Below, one piece after another: positions 24,602-36,850 of a stretch of 64,000 nucleotides of DNA. The notes beneath the pieces are model-generated. The model had not been told where the DNA came from and did not search any database. It saw only the letters and a list, made by a program, of their open reading frames with translations. Source of the DNA: Hypanus sabinus (lineage: Eukaryota). Position numbers and translations under genes: made by a program. Location of the stretch: contig NC_082725.1 of the NCBI RefSeq assembly GCF_030144855.1, forward strand, positions 15,376,001 to 15,440,000. The letters are read 5' to 3'. Position 1 is the stretch's first letter, and each line of letters starts with the position of its first letter.

Positions 24602-26521
24602 CCCTTACATACTGTTCTGGTCAAATTTGACCTGTTTTGATACTTGACAGCAGTAAAAACACCCTAAGTGCCAACACGAGGAAAGCTGCAGATGCTGGAA
24701 ATTCAAACAACAACACACACAAAATGCTGGTGGAACGCAGCAGGCCAGGCAGCATCTGTAGGGAGAAGCATTGTCAACGTTTCGGGCCGAGACCCTTCGT
24801 TAGGACTAACTGAAAGGAAAGATAGCAAGAGGTTTGAAAGTAGGAGGGTGAGGGGAAAATGCGAAATGATAGGAGACCAGAGGGGGTGGGGTGAAGCTGA
24901 GAGCCAGAAAGGTGATTGGCAAAAGGGATACAGAGCTGGAGAAGGGAAAGGTTCATGGGACGGGAGGCCTAGGGAGAAAGAAAGAGGGAGGGGAGTACCT
25001 GAGGGAGATAGAGAACAGGCAGAGTGATGGGAAGAGAGAGAGAACAAAAGGAGGAGGGGGAAAAATAACTAAATATATCAGGGATGAGGTAAGAAGGGGA
25101 GGAGGGGCATTAACAGAAGTTAGAGAAGTCAATGTTCATGCCATCAGGTTGGAGGCTACCCAGCCAGTATATAAGGTGTTGTTCTTCCAACCTGAGTGTG
25201 GCTTCATCTTGACACTAGAGGAGGCCATGGATAGACATATCAGAATGGGAATGGGACATGGAATTAAAATGTGTGGCCACCGGGAGATCCTGTTTTCTCT
25301 AACAGACAGAGAGTAGGTGTTCAGTGAAACGGTCTCCCTGTCTGTGTCGGGTCTCACCAAAATATAAAAGGCCACACTGGGAGCACCGGATGCAGTATAC
25401 CACTCCAGCCGACTCACAGGTGAAGTGTTGCCTCACCTGGAAGGACTGTCTGGGGCCCTGAATGGTGGTGAGGGAGGAAGTGTAAGGGCAGGTGTAGCAC
25501 TTGTTCCGCTTGCAAGGATAAGTGCCAGGAGGGAGATCGGTGGGAATGGATGGGGGAGGGGAAACGAATGGACAAGGGAGTCGCGTAGAGAGCAATCCCT
25601 ATGGAAAGCAGAAAGGGGGGGGAGGGAAAGATGTATTTGGTACTGGGATCCCGTTGGAGGTGGCGGAAGTTACGGAGAATTGTACGTTGGACTCGGACGC
25701 TGGTGGGGTGGTAGGTGAGGACAAGGGGAACCCTATCTCGAATGAGGTGGTGGGTGGATGAGGTGAGGGTTGATGTGCGGGAAATGGGAGAGATGCATTT
25801 GAAAGCAGAGTTGATAGTGGAGGAAGGGAAGCCCCTTTGTTTAAAAAAGGAAGACATCTCCCTTGTCCTAGAATGAAAAACCTCATCCTGAGAGCAGATG
25901 TGGCAGAGGCAGAGGAATTGCAAGAAGGGGATAGCATTTTCGCAAGAGACAGGGTGGGAAGAGTAATAGTCCGGGTAGCTGTGAGAGTCTGTAGGCTTAT
26001 AGTAGATATCAGTAGATAAGCCATATCCAGAGATGGAGACAGAAAGATCAAGAAAGGGGAGGGAGGTGTCATAAAATGGACCAGGTAAATTTGAGGACAG
26101 GGTGAAAGTTGGAGGCAAAGTTTATGAAGTCAACGAGCTCAGCATGCGTGCGGGAGGCAGTGCCAATGCAGTCGTCGATGTAGCGAAGGGAAATGCCATG
26201 TTTTTTAGCTGAAATTTGATGACTTTTCCTAAAGTGACCCAAAATGCGCAGAAATGAAAATATTAAAAAATTTTATACTTTTGTACAAGTGCTACAATTT
26301 TTTGTAGATTGAGGCTGTTCCGGGTCAAATTTGACCCGTATCTATTGAAATGGATTTTAGATCTCTGAAACATTAATTAAGGATTAATCACCCATTTATT
26401 AATGTCAGATAGGCTATATATACATTCTGAATAGATCTGTGGTTCAAAATTTGGTATAGACACCTGTTATGAGGGAATTGTTACGCAGGGTCGAAATTGA
26501 CCGGGACCATACTGTGAAGGC
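24602..26521. mobile_element. piggyBac-like non-autonomous DNA transposon interrupted by a PLE
   Basis: TTAA|CCCTTACATACTGTTCTGGTCAAATTTGACC at left; degenerate inverted match GGTCGAAATTGACCGGGACCATACTGTGAAGG at ~26489-26520; internal copy of the palindrome at ~26315-26340; right-hand TTAA not preserved. Confidence 0.55.
24670..26190 (-). mobile_element. Penelope-like element, 5'-truncated (RT from YIDD, GIY-YIG endonuclease, terminal repeat)
   Basis: RYIDDCIG at ~26160-26185; LPFLDLSV…YYKPTDSHSY..Y.SSHP; CKRNKCYTC…VVYCIRCSQCGLLYFGET; frameshifted. Confidence 0.92.
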
Positions 26522-27134
26522 ATGAACAGGTTGCCTGAGTTAATCCTCAGGGGACTGATTATCTTCCCAGATCCTGAAGTGGGCAGGCTGTAGGTGTTAA
26601 TGGGGCCAATTCCGCAACCAGCTTCAAATTTTCTTCATCCTAGTAGCGAAAAAGGAGTTTCCAATTGAATCCAAATCAGTAATTGGTGATTATTCAACAC
26701 AAACATGTCTTTACTTTTGAAGTTAAGTTGAAGTCCAAAAAACTCAAGGTAATTTCCACGAATTCCTCTCCCACCTTCACTAGCCCTCAATATAATGCTG
26801 TTTCATTAGTGAAAAACTCACAATACTGAAGTAAAACCTATTATTAATAATTTGTATGAAATCTATTTCTCCTTTCATTGATATGAGAGGGATAATATGC
26901 CCAGGGAAGTGCTTGCTAACAAAATTATGATTGTGAGTGGCGCAAATGTGGCTGCACAGCTACAATATCCACATTAAAGCCAATAACGGATACCTGTCTG
27001 GATTGCCACAACTAAGTAAGTGTTTCCTAGGAGACTTCTGTGTGGATAGATTTGAAGTTATTCTCACCTAGCCTTTGCAGTAAAGAGCAATACAAGATAA
27101 ATGCTAATGCTTGAATTCTAAAATATTAAATAAG

Positions 27135-27340
27135 TGCAACACACACCAACACACACAAAATGCTGGACGGAACTCAGAAATTCAAGCAGCATCTAAGGAA
27201 CTAGATTAACAGTGGAGGTTGCAGACTGGGACCCTTCTTCGGGACTGGAAATGAAAGGGAGAGATGCCAGAATACGGTGGTGAAGGAAGGTGAAGAACAA
27301 ACTAGAAGGTGTCAGGTGAAGCCAGGTATGGGGGGGATGG
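27135..27340 (-). mobile_element. Older PLE terminal fragment
   Basis: ACACACAAAATGCTGG…GACCCTTC pattern, degenerate. Confidence 0.6.
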
Positions 27341-27442
27341 AATGTCAGTGGTAATGTTTTTACACAGTGGGTATGTGGAATGCCCTGCCAATGGTAAAGG
27401 TAGATATTCTTAGATAGGCCTTAGATAGGTTGATAAAACAAT

Positions 27443-27801
27443 CACAAGGAAATCTGCAGACGCTGGAAATTCAAACAACACACACAAAATGCTGGTGGAA
27501 CACAGCAGGCCAGGCAGCATCTATAGGAAGAAGCACTGTCGACGTTTCGGGCCGAGACCCTTCGTCAGGACTAACTGGCAGGAAAGATACTAAGAGATTT
27601 GAAAGTAGGAGGGGGAGGGGAAGGGGAAAATGCGAATTGATAGGAGAAGACCGGAGGGGCTGAGAGCCGGAAAGGTGATTGGCAAAAGGGATACAGAGCA
27701 AGAGAAGGGAAAGGATCATGGGACAGGAGGCCAAGGGAGAAAGAAAGGCGGAGGGGAGCACAGAGGGAGATGGAGAACAGGCAGAGTGATGGGCAGAAAG
27801 A
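27443..27801 (-). mobile_element. Young PLE terminal-repeat insertion with target duplication
   Basis: Closely matches 24675-25035; GATAAAACAAT at 27432-27442, 27802-27812 and 27813-27823. Confidence 0.85.
27538..27571 (-). ncRNA. Minimal type I hammerhead ribozyme motif, core intact
   Basis: Minus strand GUC-CUGACGA-A-GGGU(CUCG)GCCC-GAAA-C-GUC^GAC: conserved core, stem II, palindromic stem III (ACGU), GUC cleavage triplet, stem I GUC/GAC. Confidence 0.7.
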
Positions 27802-28429
27802 GATAAAACAATGATAAAACAATGCAGGGTTATGTTATAGGGAAGAGTTAGATTGATTTCAGACTAGGTTAAATGGTCAGTACAACATCAAGCCGGAAGT
27901 CTGTTCAGTGCTGTAATACTCTACATCCAATGCTCTACTGGGAGTGAGGGGGAAGCAGGTGGGAAAAGCTGTGAACCCTTGGAGAGAAATAGCAGTGAGT
28001 GTGAAGTGGAAGAGAGCAGAGAGCACACAAGGAGAAAGAACAGTGAGCAAACAGAAAGACAGAACTCTGTACATGTAAGTGCAAAGATCACGCAGAGTAG
28101 TGAGTAGTCAAGATTTACTTAGCTAGCAGACATTTAAATTATGATCATGCAAACTCCTCTAAATATTGATCAGATTTTCTAGAGAGTATGCCACAAATTA
28201 TAAAGGACTTTTGAAATAACTTTTAAACCATATTATAGGTTGAAGGAACGTAATTTTCTTTTTCCCACTTCATATCCTATTGGGTGGCTGTTCACAAGAT
28301 ATACAACCTCACAGGAAAAGAGTGACCTTGGCTGCATCAAAACCAGAGTCACTGCAAAGGCCTTTGGAAAAGTTACTACTGAAAGCCACTCATCAACTTT
28401 CAAAATATTGAAGTTCAGGCATATTAGGG

Positions 28430-28750
28430 TGGGAAAGTAGTGTAGTGGTTAGCACATTGCATTATTCCACCAATGATCAGGGTTCTATTTCCACCAAAGT
28501 CTGAAGGGAGTTTGTATGTTCTCCCATCCCGTGACAGCATGAGTTTCCTCTGAATGCTCTGGTTTTCTCCCACATTCTACAGATGCACAGGTCAGTGTTA
28601 GTAAGTTCTGGGCATGCTTTAATCGTGCCAGAAGATGGAAAACGACAGAAAATGGAAAGCTGCCCCCAGCACATCCTCATACTGTGTTAGTCAGTGGCAC
28701 AAATGACACATTTCGCCATATGATTTGCTGTACATGTGACAAATAAAGTG
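28430..28750 (+). mobile_element. tRNA-derived SINE (V-SINE-like)
   Basis: TAGTGTAGTGGTTAGC A-box, GGGTTCTATTTC B-box, core GTTTCCTCTGAATGCTCTGGTTTTCTCCCACATTC, AATAAA tail. Confidence 0.7.
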
Positions 28751-29599
28751 AATCTCTTTAATAAACATCAAGCAATTCTCAACATTGTAAACTTTGTACT
28801 ACTCCTCTCTCTGTACTGCACCCATCAACCCATTGATCAGAGGACCACAAAAACATTATCTCCATAGCAACCCTGGCCTCAGCCTGTCACTAATGTTTGC
28901 TTTGTTTTTATTCAGCTTCCTCCTTCTTCAGCAACTCAAAACCATCTCTTCTTTCTAAATAAAGGTCTTTGACTTCAAGTGTTAAATCTGTATTTCTTTT
29001 CACAGACATTGTCTGACCTGCTGTTTTCTTTTTTTTTTATGTTTTCATGTTTTTTTATTCAGATTACGAGATTCTGCAGCTTGACTTTCATTAAGCACGA
29101 TGACTTTTCTTTGAACAGACAATGGGGTAAATCACGAAGAAGGATCAATTTTCAAAGCCTCACAAGGCTGAGGTAAAAGGATACAATAAAAGCTGATGGA
29201 GGATTTCAAATTTTATTGAAATTATTTCACGTTACAATGAACTTTAAATCAAGCTTTAGCAAATTGCAAGGAACTGTGGACAGGACTGATCATCTATCTG
29301 CATGGGAGGAAACTCCTCTAAGGGATGGCAAGGTGCATTGCAATCAAAATTACTCAAAGTTTTAGAAAATTGCACAACACTTGAATGACACAAAGTTAAA
29401 TAGTATCTTAGAGGAGAAATTCATAAACAATGATTCCTTCAGCGAATGCAATTGGACTTCTTAATATCTTTATTGGAGTGAGTTGTTTTCAAAGACATAG
29501 TTATACAGAACCACATATAGGTTGATGATGTGGTTACAGCTAAGGGTTAAAGCTTTATAATTCATTGAAAAACACTCATCATGGACATAAAACATTGAA

Positions 29600-30750
29600 T
29601 AGCATTTAATACCATCATTCCCACAACCCTGATTGAGAAGTTGCAGAACCTGGGCCTCTGTACCTCCCTCTGTAATTGGATCCTTGACTTCCTAACCGGA
29701 AGACCACAATCCATGTGGATTCATGATAACATCTCCTCCTCACTGACAATCAACACTGCTGCACCCCAGGAGTGTGTGCTTAGCCCACTGCTCTACTCTC
29801 TATATATACATGACTGTGTGACTAGGCATAGCTCAAATACCATCTATAAATTTGCTGATGATACAACCATTGTTAATAGAATCTCAGGTGGTGACGCGAG
29901 GGTATACAGGAGCGAGCTATGTACATACAGGAGTGGTGCCACAGCAACAACTTGGCACTCAATGTCAGTAAGACGAAAGAGCTGATTGTGGACTTTGGGA
30001 AGGGTAAGACAAAGAAACACATACCAATAATCATAGAGGGATCAGAAGTGGAGAGAGTGAGCAGCTTCAAGTTCCTGGGTGTCAAGATCTCTGAGGATCT
30101 AACCTAGTCCCAACATATTGACGTAGATATAAAGAAGGCAAGGTAGCGGCTTTACTTCATTGGGAGTTTGAAGAGATTTGGCATGTCAACAAATACACTT
30201 AAAAACTTCTATAGTTGTACCGCGGAGAGCATCCTGACAGGCTGCATCAATCTCTGGTATGGGGCGGATGAGAGGCTGCTGCACAGGACCGAAAGAAGAT
30301 GTAGAGGGTTGTAAATCTAGTCAGCTCCATCTTGGGTACTAGCCTACTAAGTACCCAGGACATCTTTAGGGAGCAGTGTCTCAGAAAGGCAGCGTCCATT
30401 ATCAAGGACCTCCAGCACCCAGGACATGCCCTTTTCTCGCTGTTACCATCAAATAGGAGGTACAGAAGCCTGAAGGCACACGCTCAGTGATTCAGGAACA
30501 GCTTCTTCCCCACTGCCATCCAATTCCTAACTGGACATTGAACCCTTGGACACCACCTCACTTTTTTTAAGTTTCTGTTTTTTGCACAATTTTAATGTAT
30601 TCAGAATATGTACACTGTAATTGATTGACTTATTTATTATTATTCTTATTTAATTTTTTTCCTCTTCTATGTTATGTATTGCTGCTGCTAAATTAACAAA
30701 TTTCATGTCACATGCCACTGATAATAAACCTGATTCTGATTCAGATTCTG
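29600..30750 (+). mobile_element. Rex1/Babar-type LINE 3' portion
   Basis: [14 protein letters not shown]…[18 protein letters not shown]…KFADDTT; [13 protein letters not shown]; tail AATAAACCTGATTCTGATTC. Confidence 0.9.
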
Positions 30751-30799
30751 AACAGTATAGGCTCTACAGCCGACGATATTGTGCCAACCTTTTAAGATA

Positions 30800-33110
30800 A
30801 TAAAACCATAAGGTATGGGAGCAGATTTGGCCCATTGAGTCTGCTCCACCATTTCTTCATGGCTGATCCAAATTTTCTCTCAGCCCCAATCTTCTGCCTT
30901 CTCATCATATCCCTTCATGCCATTAACAACCACGAATCTATCAACTTCTGCCTTAAATATACAGAAAAAAATGGGCTTCAACAACTGCCTGTGGAAAAGA
31001 ATTCCACAAATTCACAACTCTCTGGCTAAAGAAATTCCTCCTCATCTTTGTTCTAAAAGGACAGCCCCCCTGTTCTGAGTCTGTGCCCTCTGGCCTTGGA
31101 CTCTTCTACCATAGGAAACATCCTTTCCAGATCCACTCTGTCAAGGCCTTTCACTATTTGATAAGCTTCACTGAGGTCACCACTTATTCTTCTGAATTCT
31201 ATTGGATACAGCTCAGAGCCATTAAACACACTTAATTTGACAAGCCATTCAATCCTGGAATCATTTTTGTGAACCTCCTCTGAACCATCTCCAATACCAG
31301 CACATCCTTTTGCAAGATAAGGGGCTCAAAACTGCTCACAATACTCTAACTGAAGCTGTGAGACTTCATCAGTGCTTTATAAAGCCTTGTCAATACATCC
31401 TTGCTTTTATGTTCTAGCCCTCTTGAAATGAATGCTATTATTGCATTTGCCTGCCTCACCACAGTCTCAACCTGCAAATTAACATTTAGGTAATCCTGCA
31501 CAAGGTTTCGCAAGCCCTTTTGTGCTTAATTTTTGTTGTATTTCCTTTCCATTTAGAAAATAGTTAGCCCTTTAATTTCTTCCACTAAAGTGCATGACCA
31601 TCCATTTCCTGACACTGCCATTGTCAGGGAAAATACAAAAACTGAGGCACAAAGGTAGTTGGGATCTACAACTTCTTTGCCCATTCCCCTCATCTGTCTA
31701 TGTCCTTTGCAGCCTCTCTACTTCCTCAATACTACCTGACCTCCACTTAGAAAACATAGAAAACATAGAAAATACATGCAGGAGTAGGCCATTCGGCCCT
31801 TTGGGCCTGCACCACCATTCAGTATGATATGGCTGATCATCCAACTCAGAATCCTCAATCTTTCTCTCCATACCCCCGATCCCTTTAGCCACAAGGGCCA
31901 TATCTAACTTATCTTCATATCGTCTGCAAACCATGCAGCAAAGCCATTAATTCCATCGTCCAAATCATTGACATGTAATGTAAAAAGAATCATTCCCAAC
32001 AAAGACCACTGTGGAACACCACTAGTCACTGTCAGCCAACTAGCAACAGCTTCTTTTATTCCTATTCTTTACCTCCTGCCAATCAGCCACTACTTTATCC
32101 ATGCTTGAATCTTTCCTGTAATACCATGGGCTCATAGCTTGTTAAGCAGCCTCGAGCGTCACACCTTGTCAAAGGCCTTCTGACAATCTAAGTACACAAC
32201 ATCAGCCAATTCCCCTTTGCTATCCTGCTTGTTATTTCTTCAAAGAATTTCAACAAATTTGTCAGGCAAGATTTTTCCTTAAGGAAACCATGCTGACAAT
32301 AGCCTATTTTATCATATGCCTCCAAATACCCTGAGACCTCATCCTTAATAATCATTCTGCCATCTTCCCAACCACTGTCAGATTAACTTGCCTGTAGTTT
32401 CCTTTCTTCTGCTTCTCTTCCTTCCTGGAGAATGGAGTGACATTTGCAATTTTCCAGTCTTCCAGAACCATTCCAGAATCTAGTGATTCTTGAAAGATCC
32501 ACAATCTCTTCAGCCAACTCTTTCAGATCTCTAGGGTGTACACCATCTGGTCCAGGTCTACCATTAGACCTTTCAGTTTCCCAAGGACCTTCTCTGTAAT
32601 TATGGTAACTTCACATGTTTCATGCCACCTGACACTTCGAACTGTGACCATACTGCTAGTATCTTCCACAGAGACGACTGACGCAAAATACTTATTCAGT
32701 CTGTCTGCCATCTTGTTGTCGCTTATTACTAACTCTCCAGCATAGTTTTCCAGCGGGCTGATATCTACTCTCACCTCTCTTTTACACCTTACGGATCTGA
32801 AGGAACTTTTAGTATCCTCTTTAATATTATTGGCTAGTTTGCTTTCAAATTGCATCTTTACCTGCTTACTGACATTATTTAGTTGCTTTCTGTTGGTTTT
32901 TAAAAGCTTACCAACCCTCTAACTTCCCATTAATTTTTGCTCTATTATATGCCCTCTCTTTGGCTTTTATGTTGGCTTTGACTTCTCTTGTTTGTCACAA
33001 TTGTTACATTTTTCCTTCAGAGTACTTTTTCCTCTTTGAGATGTATGTATGCTGTGCCTTCCGAATTGCTTCCAGAAATTGTAGCCATTGCTGATCTGCC
33101 ACCATCCCTG
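30800..33110 (-). mobile_element. CR1 LINE ORF2 and 3' end, with a nested CR1 tail at ~31748-31910
   Basis: ESKLANNIKEDTKS…MADRLNKYFASV…EKVLGKLKGL; CR1 3' UTR at ~30800-31000. Confidence 0.88.
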
Positions 33111-33169
33111 CCAGTGTTCTTTACTCCAACCTACTCCAAGATCAAATGAAGCTTCCCTTCTGCATAGTC

Positions 33170-34200
33170 CCCCACCTTTTCTTTTCAATCATGTGCTTAT
33201 CTAAGTTTCTCGCAAATGTCAAATGTCCTTAATGTCTCTGACCCCGGCAAAATGTTCCATGCATTTACCACTCTCCGTGTGAAAAAAAACTACTGACAAC
33301 GCTCCAAAAATCCAAAAATCTCTGGAAAAAAATCTCCATCAGTCCACTCAGTCTCTACCTCTTATCATCTTGCGGACCTCTATCAAGTCACCTGCCATCC
33401 CCTTTCACTCTAAAGAGAAAAAAACCTTAGCTTGCTCAACCTATCCTCATAAGACATGCTCTCTGTTGTAGGCCAGATCTTGATAAAGCTCCTCTGCATC
33501 CTTTCTAAAGCTTCCTTGTCCTTCCTATAATGAGTTGACCTGCTCTGAAATGTGGTCTAACCAGGGTTTCATAATGAGCATAGAACACAGAACAGTAAAC
33601 ACAGGAATTAACTCCTTGGCCCAAAATGTTGTTGTCCTAAACCATTTAAATTAGTAATCTAATGACCAAAACTAATCTCTTATGCCTACACATTGCCCAT
33701 ATCCTTCCATTTCTCTCACATTCATGTGCCTATATAAATGTCTTTTAAAAATCACCAATCTATTTGCTTCCACCAGCACCTCAGGCACCCACCACTCTCT
33801 GTGTAAAGATCTTGCCCCTTGCATCTCTTTTGAATTTACCCCTCTCATCTTAAATGCATGCCCTCTGGCATTATGCATTGCAGACCTGGTGGAGTAAAGA
33901 TACTGTCTGTCTACTCTATCTATGCCTCTCATAATCTTATAAACCTCTATCAGATCTCCCCTCAGCATCTGCCGTTCCGGAGAAAACAAAGCAACTTTCT
34001 CCCACCTCTCATGATAGCACATGCCCTCTAGTCCATGCAGCATCTTCAAATGTGAATAAGAACGCTGCCATATTATCTTGGGGTTCTTGAATTTAGTTGG
34101 CTGACTATTGGAGGCCCACACTGCATATGCTTTCTAAGGTCATTTGCAACTTTGAGGGATCAATTGATGTGCAGCCCAAAATCTCTCCACACTGCCCATA
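33170..34200 (-). mobile_element. Two stacked CR1 3' fragments
   Basis: LFSPERQMLRGDLIEVYKIMRGIDRVD (33672-34121) and a similar decayed segment at 33170-33570. Confidence 0.8.
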
Positions 34201-34628
34201 TCCTTCGTGGATAATTAATTAGGACTTTGTCGTATTTGCCCAAACAAAATATATTATAAAGGAGCTCTGGGTTATGTTGCTCTGTGAGCCTTTTCTTGTT
34301 TGACTGCACCCAGACTGGTTCACAGTAGAGGCGCTAGAGATAATTACTATGTAGTAGAGTGACAAAAGGAGACAAAACATAGGCATGTTGGTGGAAGAAA
34401 ACTGAGGGCTATGTAGGAGGGAAGTGTTGGGTCAGTTTTAGAGTAGGTTAAAAGGTTGGCACAACATTGTGGGCTGAAGGGCTGTAATGGGCTGTAATGT
34501 TCTATGTTCTAAAGGGGATGAGCTGTAAGTATGGGAAGAATGGGAAGAGAGGGCATAGACCTGCTGGAGGGGATCTGTGCACAGAGAGAAATTAGAGAGC
34601 ACAAGGGCAGGGAGAAAACCCGAGAGGA

Positions 34629-34631
<3 letters not shown>

Positions 34632-34667
<36 letters not shown>
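34632..34667. repeat. (GA)n microsatellite, about 18 units
   Basis: Read directly. Confidence 0.95.
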
Positions 34668-34671
<4 letters not shown>

Positions 34672-34959
34672 GTGGGGGGAGAGCAGTGAGCATGATGGAG
34701 AAAGTGTGGATGGGTGTGAGTGGATCAGGAGACCAGTGAACATATAGGCAAAGTAAGGAATTTGTGACGAGAGCAGAGATTATGTGGTAGTCACAAGTTA
34801 AATTCAATAAAGTTTGTGCTATTGATATTTTTAATCTTCTTTAGCTAGAAGGAGTTGAGAAGTGGTAATAATTAATTAGTTGCTGTAATATGCATACAAT
34901 TGCACCAACTGTAAATGCACAGTTTCATTGAGAAGTGTTAATATTGATGTTATGCCCTT

Positions 34960-35295
34960 CCCAATCTCACTGTGTACTGTGGCAAGGAGTACTACTGAAG
35001 TGCAATGTGGGAAACATTGGAAACAGTTTGTGAACAGCAAGCTCCCACATGCCTACTGTGTGATATTACTCCACTAATTTGTTTTTCCTATCATTCATAT
35101 TCTTCAAAATGATGACATTAGGATCTTTCATATCCAAGCAAGTAAAGGAAAAAAAGCCTCAGTTTAATGTTTCAGCTGAAAGATGAAACCTTTGCTAGCA
35201 CTGCACTCCCTCAATGTGGAGTGAACTAAGATTTCTGTTTAGGATGTGAGGTCAAATCTCTACGGTGGCATTTGATCGCACAATGTTATGACTCA
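34960..35295 (-). mobile_element. Ancient Deu-domain SINE remnant
   Basis: ACAGCAAGCTCCCACA…GGATCTTT…GCCTCAGTTTAATGTTTCAGCTGAAAGATG…GCACTCCCTCA follows the recalled DeuSINE consensus order. Confidence 0.55.
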
Positions 35296-36299
35296 ATGAA
35301 AAAAATGTAATTTTCTTGAAATAATTCTATTAAAGTGACAAGTACTGTGTTTCCAATACAACCTGGAGCAAAGGAGTTCTCAAAGCACGTATTATTTTTG
35401 GCCATGCTGCAACAATTCTACACAAGCCTTCGAAGTGTTGAATGGATTTTTCCTTAAACACTTTAATGTCTTTTGTCAGCACCTGTTAATTTTATTAATT
35501 TGATAGAGTGTCTTGTGTCAAACAAGCTCAACATCTACAAGCAGGGAAGATAAAAATGATCAAAGTGTCTGGCTGAGATAATTACCCAATAAAGATGACA
35601 CTGAGTGTTCTCTGGAGTTGACTTTGTGAAACTTGGTATTTCAGAAAGTGACGATGAAAGTGAAATAGCCTTTCAATCTGCTTGGTAGATCTGAAAATCG
35701 GAACTTACTTGTTTTTCAACGCTGCCCAGCCTAACTGATGCATTTAACTTCAAGCTCATTCTTATAGGCCAAAGAAGCAATAAAATTAACCTATGGTCCT
35801 GTTTCATTCTCAAAGTTAATTCAAGGATCTAATGTATAATGATTAATGCGAGAGTCTAACATTCCCAACGACCTAATTTAATAACGACTTGGGCTGTTCG
35901 GTGAGGTTATTGACTTTAAAGCATCCAAAGAAAAAGTTTAAAAAAGTACTGTGTAAACTTTGTGCATTAGATTACTTTCTGAGTTTGAAGGTTTAAAAAA
36001 TGTTACGACTTCTCTCAATATATGGGGTAAAGTCTTAGATTTCATCGTGGGTTCCTGCTTCAATTTGTAAACAGCATAAGATTTTTAAAAGAAGTATTGA
36101 AAAAGCTGTGAAAAATACATCTTTTCAACATTTATTTTGACCTCCTATCAATTATTAATCTTTTGATATTCTGTATGCTACAGTTTTCACTGATGATCTC
36201 ACTCTCACAGACACTATTAGAAAGGGGTATATAAATGTTTTAGTTCCTGAATTTATTCTTTACACTTTAACCATTGCCTCTCCACTGCTTTGTCATTTG

Positions 36300-36850
36300 A
36301 TAGGTGGCACAGTGGTTTGCACAACCACTTTACAATATAAGCAACATCTCTGATAGGTGTTAGATTCCCGCTGCTGTCTATAAAGAGTTTGTATGCTCTC
36401 CTCATAACCTCGCGGATTACTTCTGTGTCCGCTGTTTCCTGCCACATTGCAGGGAAGTCCTCTGGTTAGGGTTAGGGGTAGTAAGTTGCGGACATGCTGT
36501 GTTGATCCCTGAAGCATAGCATCACTTGTGGGCTACCCCAGCCTAATCCTCACTGATTTGACTTGATGCAAACGACACATTTCACTGTATCCCTTCTGCC
36601 AATCACCTTTCCGTCTCTCAGCTTCACCCAACCCCCTCCGGTCCTCTCCTATCGTTTTGCATTTCCCCCCTCCCTCTCCTACTTTCAAATCTCTTACAAT
36701 CTTTCCTTTCAGTTAGTCCTGACAAAGGTTCTCTGCCCGAAACGTCGACAGCGCTTCTTCCTATAGATGCTGCCAGGCCTGCTGCATTCCATCAACTTTT
36801 TGTGTGTGTTACACATTTCACTGTTCCAATATATGGAAAATAAAGCTAAT
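36300..36850 (+). mobile_element. tRNA-derived SINE interrupted by a PLE fragment
   Basis: Same family as 28430-28750; resumes after 36811. Confidence 0.65.
36589..36810 (+). mobile_element. PLE terminal fragment with 14-bp TSD
   Basis: ACACATTTCACTGT at 36575-36588 and 36811-36824; hammerhead-like CTGACAA…GAAACGTCGAC. Confidence 0.85.
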
